Shown piece after piece: positions 50,846-60,613 of a stretch of DNA of 64,000 nt (position 1 is its first letter; each line of letters opens with the position of its first letter). Source of the DNA: Nostoc sp. DedSLP01 (GTDB lineage Bacteria; Cyanobacteriota; Cyanobacteriia; Cyanobacteriales; Nostocaceae). The translations under genes and the position numbers were made by a program. The notes under the pieces are model-generated. The model worked only from the letters and a program-made list of their open reading frames with translations. It was not told the origin of the DNA and made no database searches. The DNA is taken from positions 1-64,000 of the forward strand of contig JAVRCJ020000037.1 in NCBI GenBank assembly GCA_034530875.2, written 5' to 3'.

Positions 50846-51849
50846 TTACTGATTCCTTTAGCTACTAACACCGTTACATCGTCTCGTTCTCGGTTAAAGT
50901 CTCGGTATAGCACGCCTGCAATCAGGCTGGGATGTTTTTGAGCCAAACCGGGATAGCGATCGAGCCTCCATTTAGAGCCTAATCCATCGGAATGCATAAT
51001 TAACATTCCATTGGCATACCAAGGATAGCTAAATTCTTGAATTTTGCGAAGTTCGTGGCCGACGATACCGTTGTAAGATAGCAGATGATGTTGTTCGGTA
51101 AATGAGAAGATGCTGGCAGCGATGTTGCCAATGCCGGCAAACCGGACGCATAGTTGTTCCGAGTCGATTTCGGCAATGGCAAGTGCGGCTCCCCGGGTAT
51201 TTCGTAATGCGGCGTGGGCAGCTTGTACGATCGCCGCCGGAGAATAATGATAATGTTCTTGAAAGGTTCTCACGGCTTCTAAAGCAGCACTGGCAGCCGC
51301 AGATCCATGCCCCAAGCCATCGGCTACAAGTAGCAGACTACGGCCGCCCTCGATTCGATGCGCCCAGGCATCCCCAGAGACATCCTCCTCCAATTTGGAC
51401 AAACACACAACCCCAATTTCTAAGGTATTTTCTCCCGGCTGTGGTATCGAGTACGACCACAAGCGAGCCAACAGGGCTGTCCCTTGATTGGGAATCGAGT
51501 AAATTTCAAATACATCGGAGAGGCGACGAATTGCCCCTAATCCATTGCCTAAGGTTCCGGCTGTGGAAAAGCCATCTTGCAAGCATTCATCAACATCGAA
51601 CATCCCTTGTCCTTTATCCAAGGACAAAACCTCAATCCCCACAGCCGAATCGTCCTGAAGCGCTCTGAGCAATAACACGCCGCCATGAGTGTGCTGTATC
51701 AAATTGCTGGCGATTTCTGTTACCACAATGCCGACTTTACCGCGTTTGATTTCCTCAAACCCGAGTTTAGTTGCCAAAGCGATCGCTTTTCGTCTGGCTT
51801 CTCCGGTCTGACTTGGTTCGGTAATAGTAAGGGCAACAGATTCTCTCAT
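50842..51849 (-). CDS. RsbT-like HATPase fused to SpoIIE/PP2C phosphatase (RsbX-like)
   Basis: TEIASNL...DKGQG...GNGLG, then SGDAW, VADGLGHG, HSDGL, DDVTVL. Confidence 0.9.
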   Translation of the reverse strand: MRESVALTITEPSQTGEARRKAIALATKLGFEEIKRGKVGIVVTEIASNLIQHTHGGVLLLRALQDDSAVGIEVLSLDKGQGMFDVDECLQDGFSTAGTLGNGLGAIRRLSDVFEIYSIPNQGTALLARLWSYSIPQPGENTLEIGVVCLSKLEEDVSGDAWAHRIEGGRSLLLVADGLGHGSAAASAALEAVRTFQEHYHYSPAAIVQAAHAALRNTRGAALAIAEIDSEQLCVRFAGIGNIAASIFSFTEQHHLLSYNGIVGHELRKIQEFSYPWYANGMLIMHSDGLGSKWRLDRYPGLAQKHPSLIAGVLYRDFNRERDDVTVLVAKGISK

Positions 51850-51850
51850 T

Positions 51851-52255
51851 TTATTTCCATCGTACAATTGTTACGCGCGTACCTTTTCCCTCTACAGACT
51901 GAATTTCAAACTCGCTCGCCAGTCGTTTGGCACCGCCTAGCCCCATACCTAAGCCGCTGCCTGTGGTGAAACCATCTTTGAGTGCCAGTTCGATATCGGG
52001 AATTCCCGGCCCCTGGTCTTCAAACGTCAGCCTGAGTCCGCGCCGTCCCTCTTGATGAAGCGTTTCTAATTTTGCTGTGCCGCCTCCGCCATAGTCTAGG
52101 GTATTGCGGGCTAGTTCGCTAGCGGCGGTGACGATTTTTGTTTGGTCTACTAAGCTAAAACCAATCTCTACAGCCAACTGACGGACGGTTTGCCGGACTA
52201 AGACGACATCTGTAGAAGATTTAATGTCGAGCGTTTCAGTCCTCTGGATTGTCAT
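51851..52255 (-). CDS. rsbT: Stressosome serine/threonine kinase
   Basis: VTAASELARNTLDYGGGG, FEDQGPGIPDIELALKDGFTTGSGLGMGLGGAKRL. Confidence 0.93.
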   Translation of the reverse strand: MTIQRTETLDIKSSTDVVLVRQTVRQLAVEIGFSLVDQTKIVTAASELARNTLDYGGGGTAKLETLHQEGRRGLRLTFEDQGPGIPDIELALKDGFTTGSGLGMGLGGAKRLASEFEIQSVEGKGTRVTIVRWK

Positions 52256-52649
52256 CTGCACGGGATTTAGTGACAGCGATTTGATTTGTAGTTTGATTGA
52301 GTGACGATCGCAACAGTGCCATACCCTTTTCGATATTCAGGGCAGTGCAAATTCCCGTCAGCGTCAGTCCCAATTCCACTAGAGTAATTGCCACCGCAGG
52401 CTGCATTCCCACAACAACCGTTTGAGCGCCGAGAATGTGTGACATTCTGGCAATGTTGGCTAAAATCCGAGCGATGAAAGAATCAACAATCTCTAATGCA
52501 GAAATATCGATGAGGAGACCTAGAGCGTGAGTTTGAGTGATGCGGTTGGTTAGCTCGTCCTGTAGAGTTATGGCCAGGCGATCGTGCATATCTACTTGGA
52601 TGGTTACAAGCAGGAAATCACCCATTTGCAGTATGGGAATGCGTTCCAT
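52236..52649 (-). CDS. rsbS: Stressosome STAS protein
   Basis: IPILQMGDFLLVTIQ, IDISALEIVDSF, VGMQPAVAITLVELG. Confidence 0.93.
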   Translation of the reverse strand: MERIPILQMGDFLLVTIQVDMHDRLAITLQDELTNRITQTHALGLLIDISALEIVDSFIARILANIARMSHILGAQTVVVGMQPAVAITLVELGLTLTGICTALNIEKGMALLRSSLNQTTNQIAVTKSRADDNPED

Positions 52650-52666
52650 TGGTTCCTCCCGTCCGC

Positions 52667-53518
52667 CTATTGAGGTTGAGAGCGAGTAATCGTTGCTCCC
52701 AAACGTTTTAAAGCTGTGAGAAAGGCATCGGCTAACGTTGCCTTTGTTGTCACACCAGTCAAATCAATACCAAGATAAACGATTGTTTGGGCAATTTGAG
52801 GACGAATTCCGCTGATAATACAATCAGCTCCCATGAGACGAGCTGCAGTAACGGTTTTGAGCAGATGTTGAGCCGTGAGGGTATCAACCGTGGGAACTCC
52901 GGTAATGTCAATGATGGCAACTTCTGACTCGGTTTCCACAATTTTTTGTAATAAGGACTCCATAACTACTTGAGTGCGGGCGCTATCTAGAGTGCCGATA
53001 ATCGGCAATGCCAAAATTCCCTTCCAGAGTTTAACTACTGGGGTGGACAGCTCCATTAACTCTTCCTGCTGCCGCACAATCATCTGTTCCCGCGTCTTCT
53101 GATACACTTCCATTGTCAGCAATCCCAGCCGATCCAGTAAAGTTGTAGCTAGCCAGATATCTTCACCCAATTGAACCGGGTCTTGCAATTCCTGACGCAG
53201 ACGGTTAAAAAGGGGTTGTTTCAAGGAAAAGACAAATGTAGCAGTTTCCGAGGGCGTGAAACCTTTTTGCGATCGCGATCGAGAAACGCTCGTTAGCATC
53301 TCCCGTACATGCTGCCAAGTTGATGCTTGAATATTGGTTAAGTTGCCCTGTGCAACCGCACTGCGAAACAAGCCAAGGAATTCTCGGCACTCCTCCTTTA
53401 ACTCAGCTTCCTTAATTAAACCTTTGCGAATATTGACACTAGCTAACTCCTGAGTCCACTCTGAGAGCAAGTCTGCCTCGAAGGTTTCCAATATCTTTGA
53501 TATCTTACTGTCACTCAT
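52667..53518 (-). CDS. rsbR: Stressosome sensor with N-terminal globin-like domain and STAS domain
   Basis: ELSTPVVKLW, LPIIGTLDSAR, IDITGVPTVDT, SGIRPQIAQT. Confidence 0.93.
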   Translation of the reverse strand: MSDSKISKILETFEADLLSEWTQELASVNIRKGLIKEAELKEECREFLGLFRSAVAQGNLTNIQASTWQHVREMLTSVSRSRSQKGFTPSETATFVFSLKQPLFNRLRQELQDPVQLGEDIWLATTLLDRLGLLTMEVYQKTREQMIVRQQEELMELSTPVVKLWKGILALPIIGTLDSARTQVVMESLLQKIVETESEVAIIDITGVPTVDTLTAQHLLKTVTAARLMGADCIISGIRPQIAQTIVYLGIDLTGVTTKATLADAFLTALKRLGATITRSQPQ

Positions 53519-53738
53519 GTTTCTTGGTAAAGGCAACTGCTTTCATTAGCACAGAATTCAGTGTATGACGATTCTGTGTAATGTGAAAGGCGATCGAGTG
53601 AAGGAGGTAGGGGCGGGGCAGAGGGGGCAGGTTTTTCAGATTCAGTCTGAAAAAGCCGATTTTTTCGTTCTGAAATCTTTCTTTGCGTCGCCGTGTCCCC
53701 GCCCCCCCGCGTCGATCGAAAGCCAAGCGTGTTGCTGT

Positions 53739-53771
53739 CCTCACAAGTTTCTCAAATTGTTTTTTTATGAT
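53739..53771 (+). promoter_or_regulatory. Putative activator site plus -10 box upstream of the hox cluster
   Basis: CCTCACAAGTTTCTCAAA-N9-TATGAT; the 18-mer differs by one base from the ppsA site. Confidence 0.72.
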
Positions 53772-53821
53772 TTCAACTGCGAGACGCGGAACATCCTGAA
53801 GTTCTACAAAAGGCTCAAACA

Positions 53822-54037
53822 ATGAATTCAGCATCTGCTGTTAAAACTCACAACACAGCAAAAGATAAGCGCTTTAAAATGCTAGATGCAACTATCAAAC
53901 GCTACCAGTATCAACAGGATGCACTGATTGAGATATTGCATAAAGCGCAGTCTGCACCAAATCCAGTATTTAGTACTTTGCGTTATTTCCGAGATGAGTA
54001 TTTGGCTTTGATTCGAGAAACTGCCATATCTACATAG
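53822..54037 (+). pseudogene. hoxE/hoxF: hoxE 5' end fused in frame to hoxF 3' end
   Basis: [29 protein letters not shown] (HoxE N-terminus) is joined to [17 protein letters not shown] (HoxF/NuoF C-terminus). Confidence 0.9.
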
Positions 54038-54047
54038 GTGAACCAAA

Positions 54048-54878
54048 ATGTTTACCAAAATTTTACTTGTCATTGGTGCATTAGTGGCGATCGCATTTAT
54101 CGCTTTAGTCATCATTAAGATAAAGAACGAACAAGAAGTAGAGAGAATTTGGCGAACGCTTGAAGTAACGCCAACAGGCGATCGTTTTAGTGAGGATATG
54201 GTTGCAGACTTACCTCTTCCTGTGCGGCGCTACTTCTTGCACAGCATTGCACTGGGAACTCCTCTGGCTTCCTCTGTCAGCTTGGAAATGAGTGGCAGTT
54301 TTCGCTTGGCAGAGGATAAACCGTGGATACCAATGCGAGCAAAACAAATTATTTCAGCAGCGAAAGGATTTGTTTGGAAACCGATTATTGGTAGCGGTTT
54401 GTTTCAATTTATGGGCACTGATTACTACGCAAACAAATCTGGTGGAATGCGCTTTTCAATTTGGGGGCTGATTTCTGTGGTCAATGCTCGCAATTTTAAT
54501 ATTACTCGCTCTAGCATTGGACGATTTGCAGGAGAATTTTTCTGGTTACCTTCTGCTTTGCTACCCCAACGCAATGTAACTTGGAAAGCAATAGATGAAA
54601 GAACTATCGAAGCTAGTTTCAAAATTGATGACGAACCGATAACCTTAACACTAGTTACAGACCTTGACGGCAAACCGCTAAAGGTTTCTTTCCCGCGTTG
54701 GGGAAAATATACTGAAGATAATACTCATACTTACATTCCCTTTGGTGGAGAATTTACAGAAGAAAAAACATTTAGCGGCTATACAATTCCCTCCCAAGTT
54801 TGTGCGGGATGGCGAATTGGGACAGAGAATTATTTCGAGTTCTATCGAGCAGAAATTCAGCAAGCTGAGTTTCGTTGA
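54048..54878 (+). CDS. DUF6544-like membrane-anchored protein
   Basis: N-terminal transmembrane helix, DLPLPVRRYF, GFVW, WLPSALLP, GYTIPS. Confidence 0.75.
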   Translation: MFTKILLVIGALVAIAFIALVIIKIKNEQEVERIWRTLEVTPTGDRFSEDMVADLPLPVRRYFLHSIALGTPLASSVSLEMSGSFRLAEDKPWIPMRAKQIISAAKGFVWKPIIGSGLFQFMGTDYYANKSGGMRFSIWGLISVVNARNFNITRSSIGRFAGEFFWLPSALLPQRNVTWKAIDERTIEASFKIDDEPITLTLVTDLDGKPLKVSFPRWGKYTEDNTHTYIPFGGEFTEEKTFSGYTIPSQVCAGWRIGTENYFEFYRAEIQQAEFR

Positions 54879-54881
54879 GTA

Positions 54882-55016
54882 ATATCAAGTTCGGATGATT
54901 AGTTACGATTGCAGTCCTCGCGTTACCCCTCCCCAACCCTCCCCTTGGCAAGGGGAGGGTGCCGTAAGGCGGGTGGGGTGTTTCCGGATTTATAAGTGAT
55001 TGAGCAAACTTGATAT
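54882..55016. mobile_element. MITE, near-identical to 23036-23170
   Basis: ATATCAAGTT ... AACTTGATAT ends and shared interior. Confidence 0.88.
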
Positions 55017-55048
55017 AACTCAAAATAATTAATAAAAGTGAGGTGGAA

Positions 55049-55792
55049 ATGGCAGTCAAAACTTTAACAATCAACGAGCAATTAATTAGCGCCCGTGAGG
55101 AGAAAACCATTTTCCAAGCAGCGCAAGAGGCAGGAATTCACATTCCCACTTTGTGTTATTTAGAAGGAGTTGGAGATGTTGGAGCTTGTCGGCTTTGTTT
55201 GGTGGAAATTGTTGGCAGTAATAAACTGCAACCTGCTTGTGTGACGAAAGTTGCTGAAGGTATGGAAGTGCAAACAAATAGCGATCGCCTCAACAAATAT
55301 CGCTGCACAATTATAGAAATGCTGTTTGCTGAAGGCAATCATATTTGCTCAGTGTGCGTTGCCAATGGAAATTGCGAATTGCAAGATTTGGCAATTGAAA
55401 CAGGTATGGAACATGTGCGGTTGGATTATCATTTTCCCAATCGCAAAGTCGATGTTTCTCACCATCGCTTTGGCATTGACCACAACCGTTGTGTTCTTTG
55501 TACTCGTTGCGTGCGTGTTTGTGACGAAATCGAAGGAGCGCACACTTGGGATATGGCGGGTAGAGGCACGAATTCCCACGTCATTACCGATTTAAATCAA
55601 CCTTGGGGAACCTCAGATACTTGTACTTCCTGCGGCAAATGCGTTAATGCTTGCCCAACTGGTGCGCTTTTTTACCAAGGCTCTAGCGTCGGCGAAATGA
55701 AACGCGTAGACGCGAAGCGGCTTGTCCCAGGACATCGCGCCAAACTTGATTTTTTGGTTACAGCGAGAGAAAAGCAACAATGGCTGATTTAG
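55049..55792 (+). CDS. hoxU: Bidirectional hydrogenase diaphorase subunit U
   Basis: [56 protein letters not shown]. Confidence 0.95.
   Translation: MAVKTLTINEQLISAREEKTIFQAAQEAGIHIPTLCYLEGVGDVGACRLCLVEIVGSNKLQPACVTKVAEGMEVQTNSDRLNKYRCTIIEMLFAEGNHICSVCVANGNCELQDLAIETGMEHVRLDYHFPNRKVDVSHHRFGIDHNRCVLCTRCVRVCDEIEGAHTWDMAGRGTNSHVITDLNQPWGTSDTCTSCGKCVNACPTGALFYQGSSVGEMKRVDAKRLVPGHRAKLDFLVTAREKQQWLI
55707..55733. repeat. 27-bp SDR5-like insertion in a HIP1 site inside hoxU
   Basis: GCG-[TAGACGCGAAGCGGCTTGTCCCAGGAC]-ATCGC, in frame. Confidence 0.85.
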
Positions 55793-56005
55793 CTGGCGAT
55801 GGTGAATTATATCAATTCTCTAAAATTCGGTTACATATTCAAATGTTGAAACTTAATACCGATTCAATTCATGATTGCAACAATATTTCGGTGAAGACGC
55901 GATGAATCGCGTCTCTACAAATCGTTTATTTGTTGTATTGTTTTTTCAACTTGGTATAAATACAATCTCAATTTATTACGAATTACGAATTCAAAAGGAG
56001 TTTTT

Positions 56006-56530
56006 ATGTTACGCCGCATCTTAAAACTCTTCTGGTGGCTTTTATTACTGGGAATATTAACAACATATATATACCTGGGTTTAGCCAGCTTCACATCTAA
56101 ACCAGCGATCGCTGCTGTCATTCAATTAGAAGAATCACCACAAGAAATAATTTATAGATCGCAGCAAAGATTGAACGACCAATGGGGCAATCATTGGCAA
56201 GTTGTTTTGTTTAAGCGGATTCATTCTAATAGTAATAAAATATCTTCTATCAATCTCCGCTTGGTAGGATTTCCTGGTTCTCAAGAACTTCCCCATCCCT
56301 TACCATTGCAGATTACTACCGATACAGGTAAAGTATTAACGGCTCCCGATATTTTTCTAGATGAAGCACCAGCACCAACCATTGCTGAGTATGACTTCAA
56401 TAATGTTTTGTCTCAATTACCAAATCAAGAATTATCGATTGGTATCCCTATAGGTAAAAAACAGTTCATCAATATTCCAATCCCTGAATACGTTGTGCAA
56501 GAATGGCAAGAAATTGCATTAAAATCTTGA
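56006..56530 (+). CDS. DUF3122 family protein
   Basis: YRSQQRLND..G..WQVVLFKR, LRLVGFPG, HPLPL. Confidence 0.8.
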   Translation: MLRRILKLFWWLLLLGILTTYIYLGLASFTSKPAIAAVIQLEESPQEIIYRSQQRLNDQWGNHWQVVLFKRIHSNSNKISSINLRLVGFPGSQELPHPLPLQITTDTGKVLTAPDIFLDEAPAPTIAEYDFNNVLSQLPNQELSIGIPIGKKQFINIPIPEYVVQEWQEIALKS

Positions 56531-56580
56531 TGTCAATATCACAACTTATTTACTCCAAATTTATACCGTAAAAAAAGAAA

Positions 56581-57126
56581 ATGGCTCGTTTAAAATTTGC
56601 GACAGTTTGGCTAGGTGGCTGTTCTGGGTGCCACATGTCTTTTCTCGATTTAGATGAATGGCTGATTGATTTAGCGCAACAAGTAGATTTAGTTTTTAGT
56701 CCCTTCGTTGATGCTAAAAAATATCCGCAAGGTGTGGATGTGGTATTAGTGGAGGGTGCAATTGCCAATGAAGAACATCTAGAAATGATACAGATAGTGA
56801 GAGAGCGATCGCACATTCTTGTCTCTTTTGGTGATTGTGCTGTCACTGGTAATGTTACTGCTTTACGCAATCCTTTAGGTAGTACTGAACCTGTTCTACA
56901 ACGTTGTTACATCGAAGCAGCTGAAATCCACGGCACAATTCCCCATGAACCTGGTATTGTACCAACCTTACTAGATAAGGTAGTACCAGTACATACGGTA
57001 GTACCAGTTGATATTTATTTACCAGGGTGTCCCCCTGATGCAACTCGGATTAAAGCAGTATTAGAGCCACTGTTAAGAGGAGAAAAACCTTTGCTCGAAG
57101 GACGTGAATTTATCAAGTTTGGTTAA
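56581..57126 (+). CDS. hoxY: Bidirectional hydrogenase small subunit
   Basis: WLGGCSGCHMSFLDLDE, VEGA, GDCAVTGNV, PGCPP. Confidence 0.95.
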   Translation: MARLKFATVWLGGCSGCHMSFLDLDEWLIDLAQQVDLVFSPFVDAKKYPQGVDVVLVEGAIANEEHLEMIQIVRERSHILVSFGDCAVTGNVTALRNPLGSTEPVLQRCYIEAAEIHGTIPHEPGIVPTLLDKVVPVHTVVPVDIYLPGCPPDATRIKAVLEPLLRGEKPLLEGREFIKFG

Positions 57127-57193
57127 CTTCACAACTTACTCAAATTCTTTATCTAAGGTAAAGGTGACTGGGGACTGGGGATTAGGGATTGGG

Positions 57194-57328
57194 CAATAGG
57201 TTCGGTTAACGTGTTTATTCCTCGAAGATCCCCCCAACCCCCCGATAAATTGGGGGACTTACAACCCTCTTTTACCCCCTTTTTAAGGGGGTCGCCGTAG
57301 GCGGGGGGATCTTAACCGAACCGTATTG
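57194..57328. mobile_element. Nezha-like MITE inside a GGGGACT heptamer tract
   Basis: Nearly the same sequence as 24865-25018; eroded flanks AGGGATTGGG and AGGGACTGCG. Confidence 0.85.
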
Positions 57329-57472
57329 AGGGACTGCGGACTGGAGATTAGGGACTGGGTACTAAGAAAGCTCTTTATTTTCTAGTCAATACTGCACACT
57401 CTTATCATCCATTCTCTATTTCCTCTTCCCTATCTCCCCAGTCTCCAGTCACCAGTCGCCAATCCCCAAATT

Positions 57473-57931
57473 ATGGTTATGGCAGTTAATTATCAGCAAA
57501 GAATTATTGCTCTTTGGACAGTATTTCTATTAGGAACGCTGTTTCATACACAACTAGGTTTAATGCCAATTTTTCACGGCTTATCTGTTATAGAATCTCA
57601 AAAAGCCACAAACATCAATGATATTTCTGGAATTATGTGGTTGATGTTGGGCTTTTTTGTAATACCGATACTAGCAATTATTGCTACAGATTTTACTGAT
57701 TCAAAGCGTTATCGAATCATTCATTTTGGGTTAACCATCTTTTACAGCATCATCAACTTATTACATATAATTGCAGATTTATTTGTCCAGCCAATTCTCT
57801 GGTATCAAATAGCCTTGATGGTCTTGTTATTCCTGATAGGTTTATTATTAAACGTTACTGCTTTTAAATGGATACGGTTGCATCATTTAGTGAATAAATC
57901 GCACAAAAATTTAGAACAATCAAGCATTTAG
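57473..57931 (+). CDS. Hypothetical four-helix membrane protein
   Basis: Four hydrophobic segments with intramembrane His residues. Confidence 0.75.
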   Translation: MVMAVNYQQRIIALWTVFLLGTLFHTQLGLMPIFHGLSVIESQKATNINDISGIMWLMLGFFVIPILAIIATDFTDSKRYRIIHFGLTIFYSIINLLHIIADLFVQPILWYQIALMVLLFLIGLLLNVTAFKWIRLHHLVNKSHKNLEQSSI

Positions 57932-58011
57932 GTATTAAGTAAATTAATATCTATCGAGAATTAATTATTCTCAGATTACCAAATAAATTCAAACCGTATA
58001 ATGTCAACATC

Positions 58012-58650
58012 ATGAGAATTTTGGAGAACATTATGTTAAAAGCATCTGATATTATGACTAAAGATGTTGCTACAATTCGCAGTTCAGCAACCATAGCTGA
58101 AGCAGTCAAACTTTTAAAAGCAAGGGACTGGAAAGCACTGATTGTAGAACGCTCCCACGAACAGGATGCCTACGGGATTATTAGCGAAAGCGATATTGTA
58201 TATAAAGTGATTGCTTATGGTAAAGATCCCTTTAAGGTGCGTGTCTATGAAGTAATGACCAAGCCTTGTATAGTCATTAATCCTGACCTTGGCTTAGAAT
58301 ATGTAGCACGATTATTTGCTGACTATAATTTGCACAGAGCGCCTGTTATTCAGGGCAAGCTAATAGGTATCATTTCTCTAGCTGATATTTTAGCTAATAG
58401 TAACTTTCTTGAACAGCCACATAATATCCTGTTAGAACAACAACTTCAGGACGAAATCAAAAAAGCTCGTGCGGTTTGTACTCAAAAAGGTATTCATTCA
58501 GAACAGTGTGCTGCTGCTTGGGACGTAGTTGAAGAATTGCAAGCCGAAATAGCGCATCAACGAGCAGAGAAAGTTGAGAAAACAGCTTTTGAAGAATACT
58601 GCGATGAATTTCCAGAAGCTAAAGGATTTTATAACACTTGGTGTAGCTAA
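58012..58650 (+). CDS. CBS-CP12 domain protein
   Basis: CBS pair, then CAAAWDVVEELQAE...FEEYCDEFPEA. Confidence 0.9.
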   Translation: MRILENIMLKASDIMTKDVATIRSSATIAEAVKLLKARDWKALIVERSHEQDAYGIISESDIVYKVIAYGKDPFKVRVYEVMTKPCIVINPDLGLEYVARLFADYNLHRAPVIQGKLIGIISLADILANSNFLEQPHNILLEQQLQDEIKKARAVCTQKGIHSEQCAAAWDVVEELQAEIAHQRAEKVEKTAFEEYCDEFPEAKGFYNTWCS

Positions 58651-58718
58651 CAACCTCAAGAATATATTTATTAAGTTGCTGGGTTAGATAGGGAACAGTT
58701 GCAGAGAAAGATAAAACT

Positions 58719-59087
58719 ATGACGATAAATTTCATAAATTCACAAGAGACAAAAATTGCATCTGAAAAATTGGAAAGTTTCCATTTAACAGACGGGCAAA
58801 TTGGTGAAATATCTTTAATTAATGGAACATTATATGTTCGTTTTCAAACTGATGATGAAAAAGATTTGACGCTTGTCTTTAAAGATGTAGCTGGAGTTGA
58901 GATGTTCAATATTCAGAATGTCGAAGTGAGTAAATGGACAGTTAGCTTAAACGATCCTTTCATCGAACGAAGTAGAAAACTATCAGAAAAACATACTGAA
59001 AATCTTGTTTGCTATGCTTTTTGGTCGCCTTGGCTGGAAGAACCTCTGATGCGTATTTTAGCTGGGGATTTTGAAATCAAAAGCTGA
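58719..59087 (+). CDS. Hypothetical acidic protein
   Basis: 122-aa ATG ORF co-oriented within the hox cluster. Confidence 0.65.
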   Translation: MTINFINSQETKIASEKLESFHLTDGQIGEISLINGTLYVRFQTDDEKDLTLVFKDVAGVEMFNIQNVEVSKWTVSLNDPFIERSRKLSEKHTENLVCYAFWSPWLEEPLMRILAGDFEIKS

Positions 59088-59118
59088 TAAGTAGAAGGCA
59101 AGATACAGCAAAATTATT

Positions 59119-59478
59119 ATGAAAAAAGTAATCATCGACCCAGTTAGCCGAATTGAAGGACATGCCAAAATCAGCATTTATCTCGACAATACTGGACAAG
59201 TGACTGATGCTCGTTTTTATGTCACAGAATTTCGCGGATTTGAAAAGTTTTGTGAAGGTCGGCCGCTGTGGGAAATGCCGGGAATTACGGCGCGGATTTG
59301 TCGAATTTGTCCGGTGAGTCATTTGTTAGCATCAGCGAAGGCAGGCGATCGCATTCTTGCCGTTACAATTCCTAAAGCAGCTGAAAAACTACGCCGTCTG
59401 ATGAATTTGGGTCAAATGCCTTTACATATTCAATTAGTTGGGACAGATGGGAACATTCTCAATGAGGTTTGGCGATAG
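59119..59478 (+). pseudogene. hoxH: NiFe hydrogenase large subunit with in-frame internal deletion
   Basis: [31 protein letters not shown]...LMNLGQ joined to the C-terminal peptide [20 protein letters not shown]; the DPCxxC motif is absent. Confidence 0.93.
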
Positions 59479-59585
59479 TAATCTATTCTGAATTCTGAAT
59501 TCTTACTTGAAAAGTTCTCTCCTAACATTTAACCTTCATTCTTCTGTAATTTGCATTCCAAAACGCAAATCTAGCGAGGGCGATA

Positions 59586-60476
59586 ATGCCTAAAGTAGAA
59601 GAACAGAAGCATGAAAGCGTGAATACAAAACTCCTCATTTCTCCTCAAGAACTCACGTCCCTGTTAGCCGAAAAATCCTCACTATCTGTCATTATTGATA
59701 CGCGAAGTCGAGAAGAATATGCTATTTCTCATATTCCCAACTCCATAAATATTAGAGATTTTTTCACTTATCTTTTAGAGAATTCCTCCCCAGCGGGATT
59801 AAAGGAATTGCAAGAATATTTTGCAGAAATTATGAGTAGGGTAGGAATATCCGGTACCGAACATTTAATTGTTTATGAAGATGCTCTAAATAGAGGTTAC
59901 GGCCAATCTTGTCGAGCAGCTTTTTTATTAAAGTATTTAGGTTGTCCTCAAGTATCTATTTTACATGGAGGATATAGAGCATGGCTCAAGGCAGGATTAC
60001 CTACTAACGATGAAGCCCCCAAGCGTGAAAGTAGTATATTTAGATTGCATCCTAACGCTAACATCATGGTGACTACTACTGAGATGTTGCAAGCAATTGA
60101 TAACTCAGCAATTATTAAATTAGATGTGCGCGATCGCGATGAATGGCTTGGCTTGAGTTCTTCTCCCTACAATCCTGATTTTTGCCCTCGCAAAGGTAGA
60201 ATCCCTAATGCAGTATGGTTAGAATGGCATCGTCTGATGAATTGCGATTCCGAAATTCCCATGTTGCGATCGCCAGATGAAATTCGAGAAATTTGTCAGT
60301 CAGTAGGTATTACTTCTGAGTCTGTTGTGTATATTTACTGCTTTAAAGGTTCTAGGGCTGCTAATACATTAATAGCCCTCGAACAAGCAGGAATTTCTGC
60401 TAAAAATTATTTTGGCTCTTGGAATGAATGGTCTCGCGATTTTTCATTACCTATTGATAGCACAGTAATTTCATGA
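59586..60476 (+). CDS. Tandem rhodanese sulfurtransferase
   Basis: IIDTR..EEY..SHIP, LHGG..AW, LDVR..DEW, GRIP, YCFKGSRA, YFGSWNEW. Confidence 0.9.
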   Translation: MPKVEEQKHESVNTKLLISPQELTSLLAEKSSLSVIIDTRSREEYAISHIPNSINIRDFFTYLLENSSPAGLKELQEYFAEIMSRVGISGTEHLIVYEDALNRGYGQSCRAAFLLKYLGCPQVSILHGGYRAWLKAGLPTNDEAPKRESSIFRLHPNANIMVTTTEMLQAIDNSAIIKLDVRDRDEWLGLSSSPYNPDFCPRKGRIPNAVWLEWHRLMNCDSEIPMLRSPDEIREICQSVGITSESVVYIYCFKGSRAANTLIALEQAGISAKNYFGSWNEWSRDFSLPIDSTVIS

Positions 60477-60613
60477 GCAATATTAATAGATTAATTATGC
60501 TGGATTTATCTTAAATTCTGACTTATGACTTCTGAATGCTGAATTATTACCTTTAATCATAAATGCCAATAATTTGAGAAGATTGTGACAAATACTTCAA
60601 CCCTTCTCTATTT

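Noticed and set aside
53511..53834. ORFs between rsbR and hoxE
   Set aside because: They overlap on both strands across a divergent promoter region and have no recognisable motifs.
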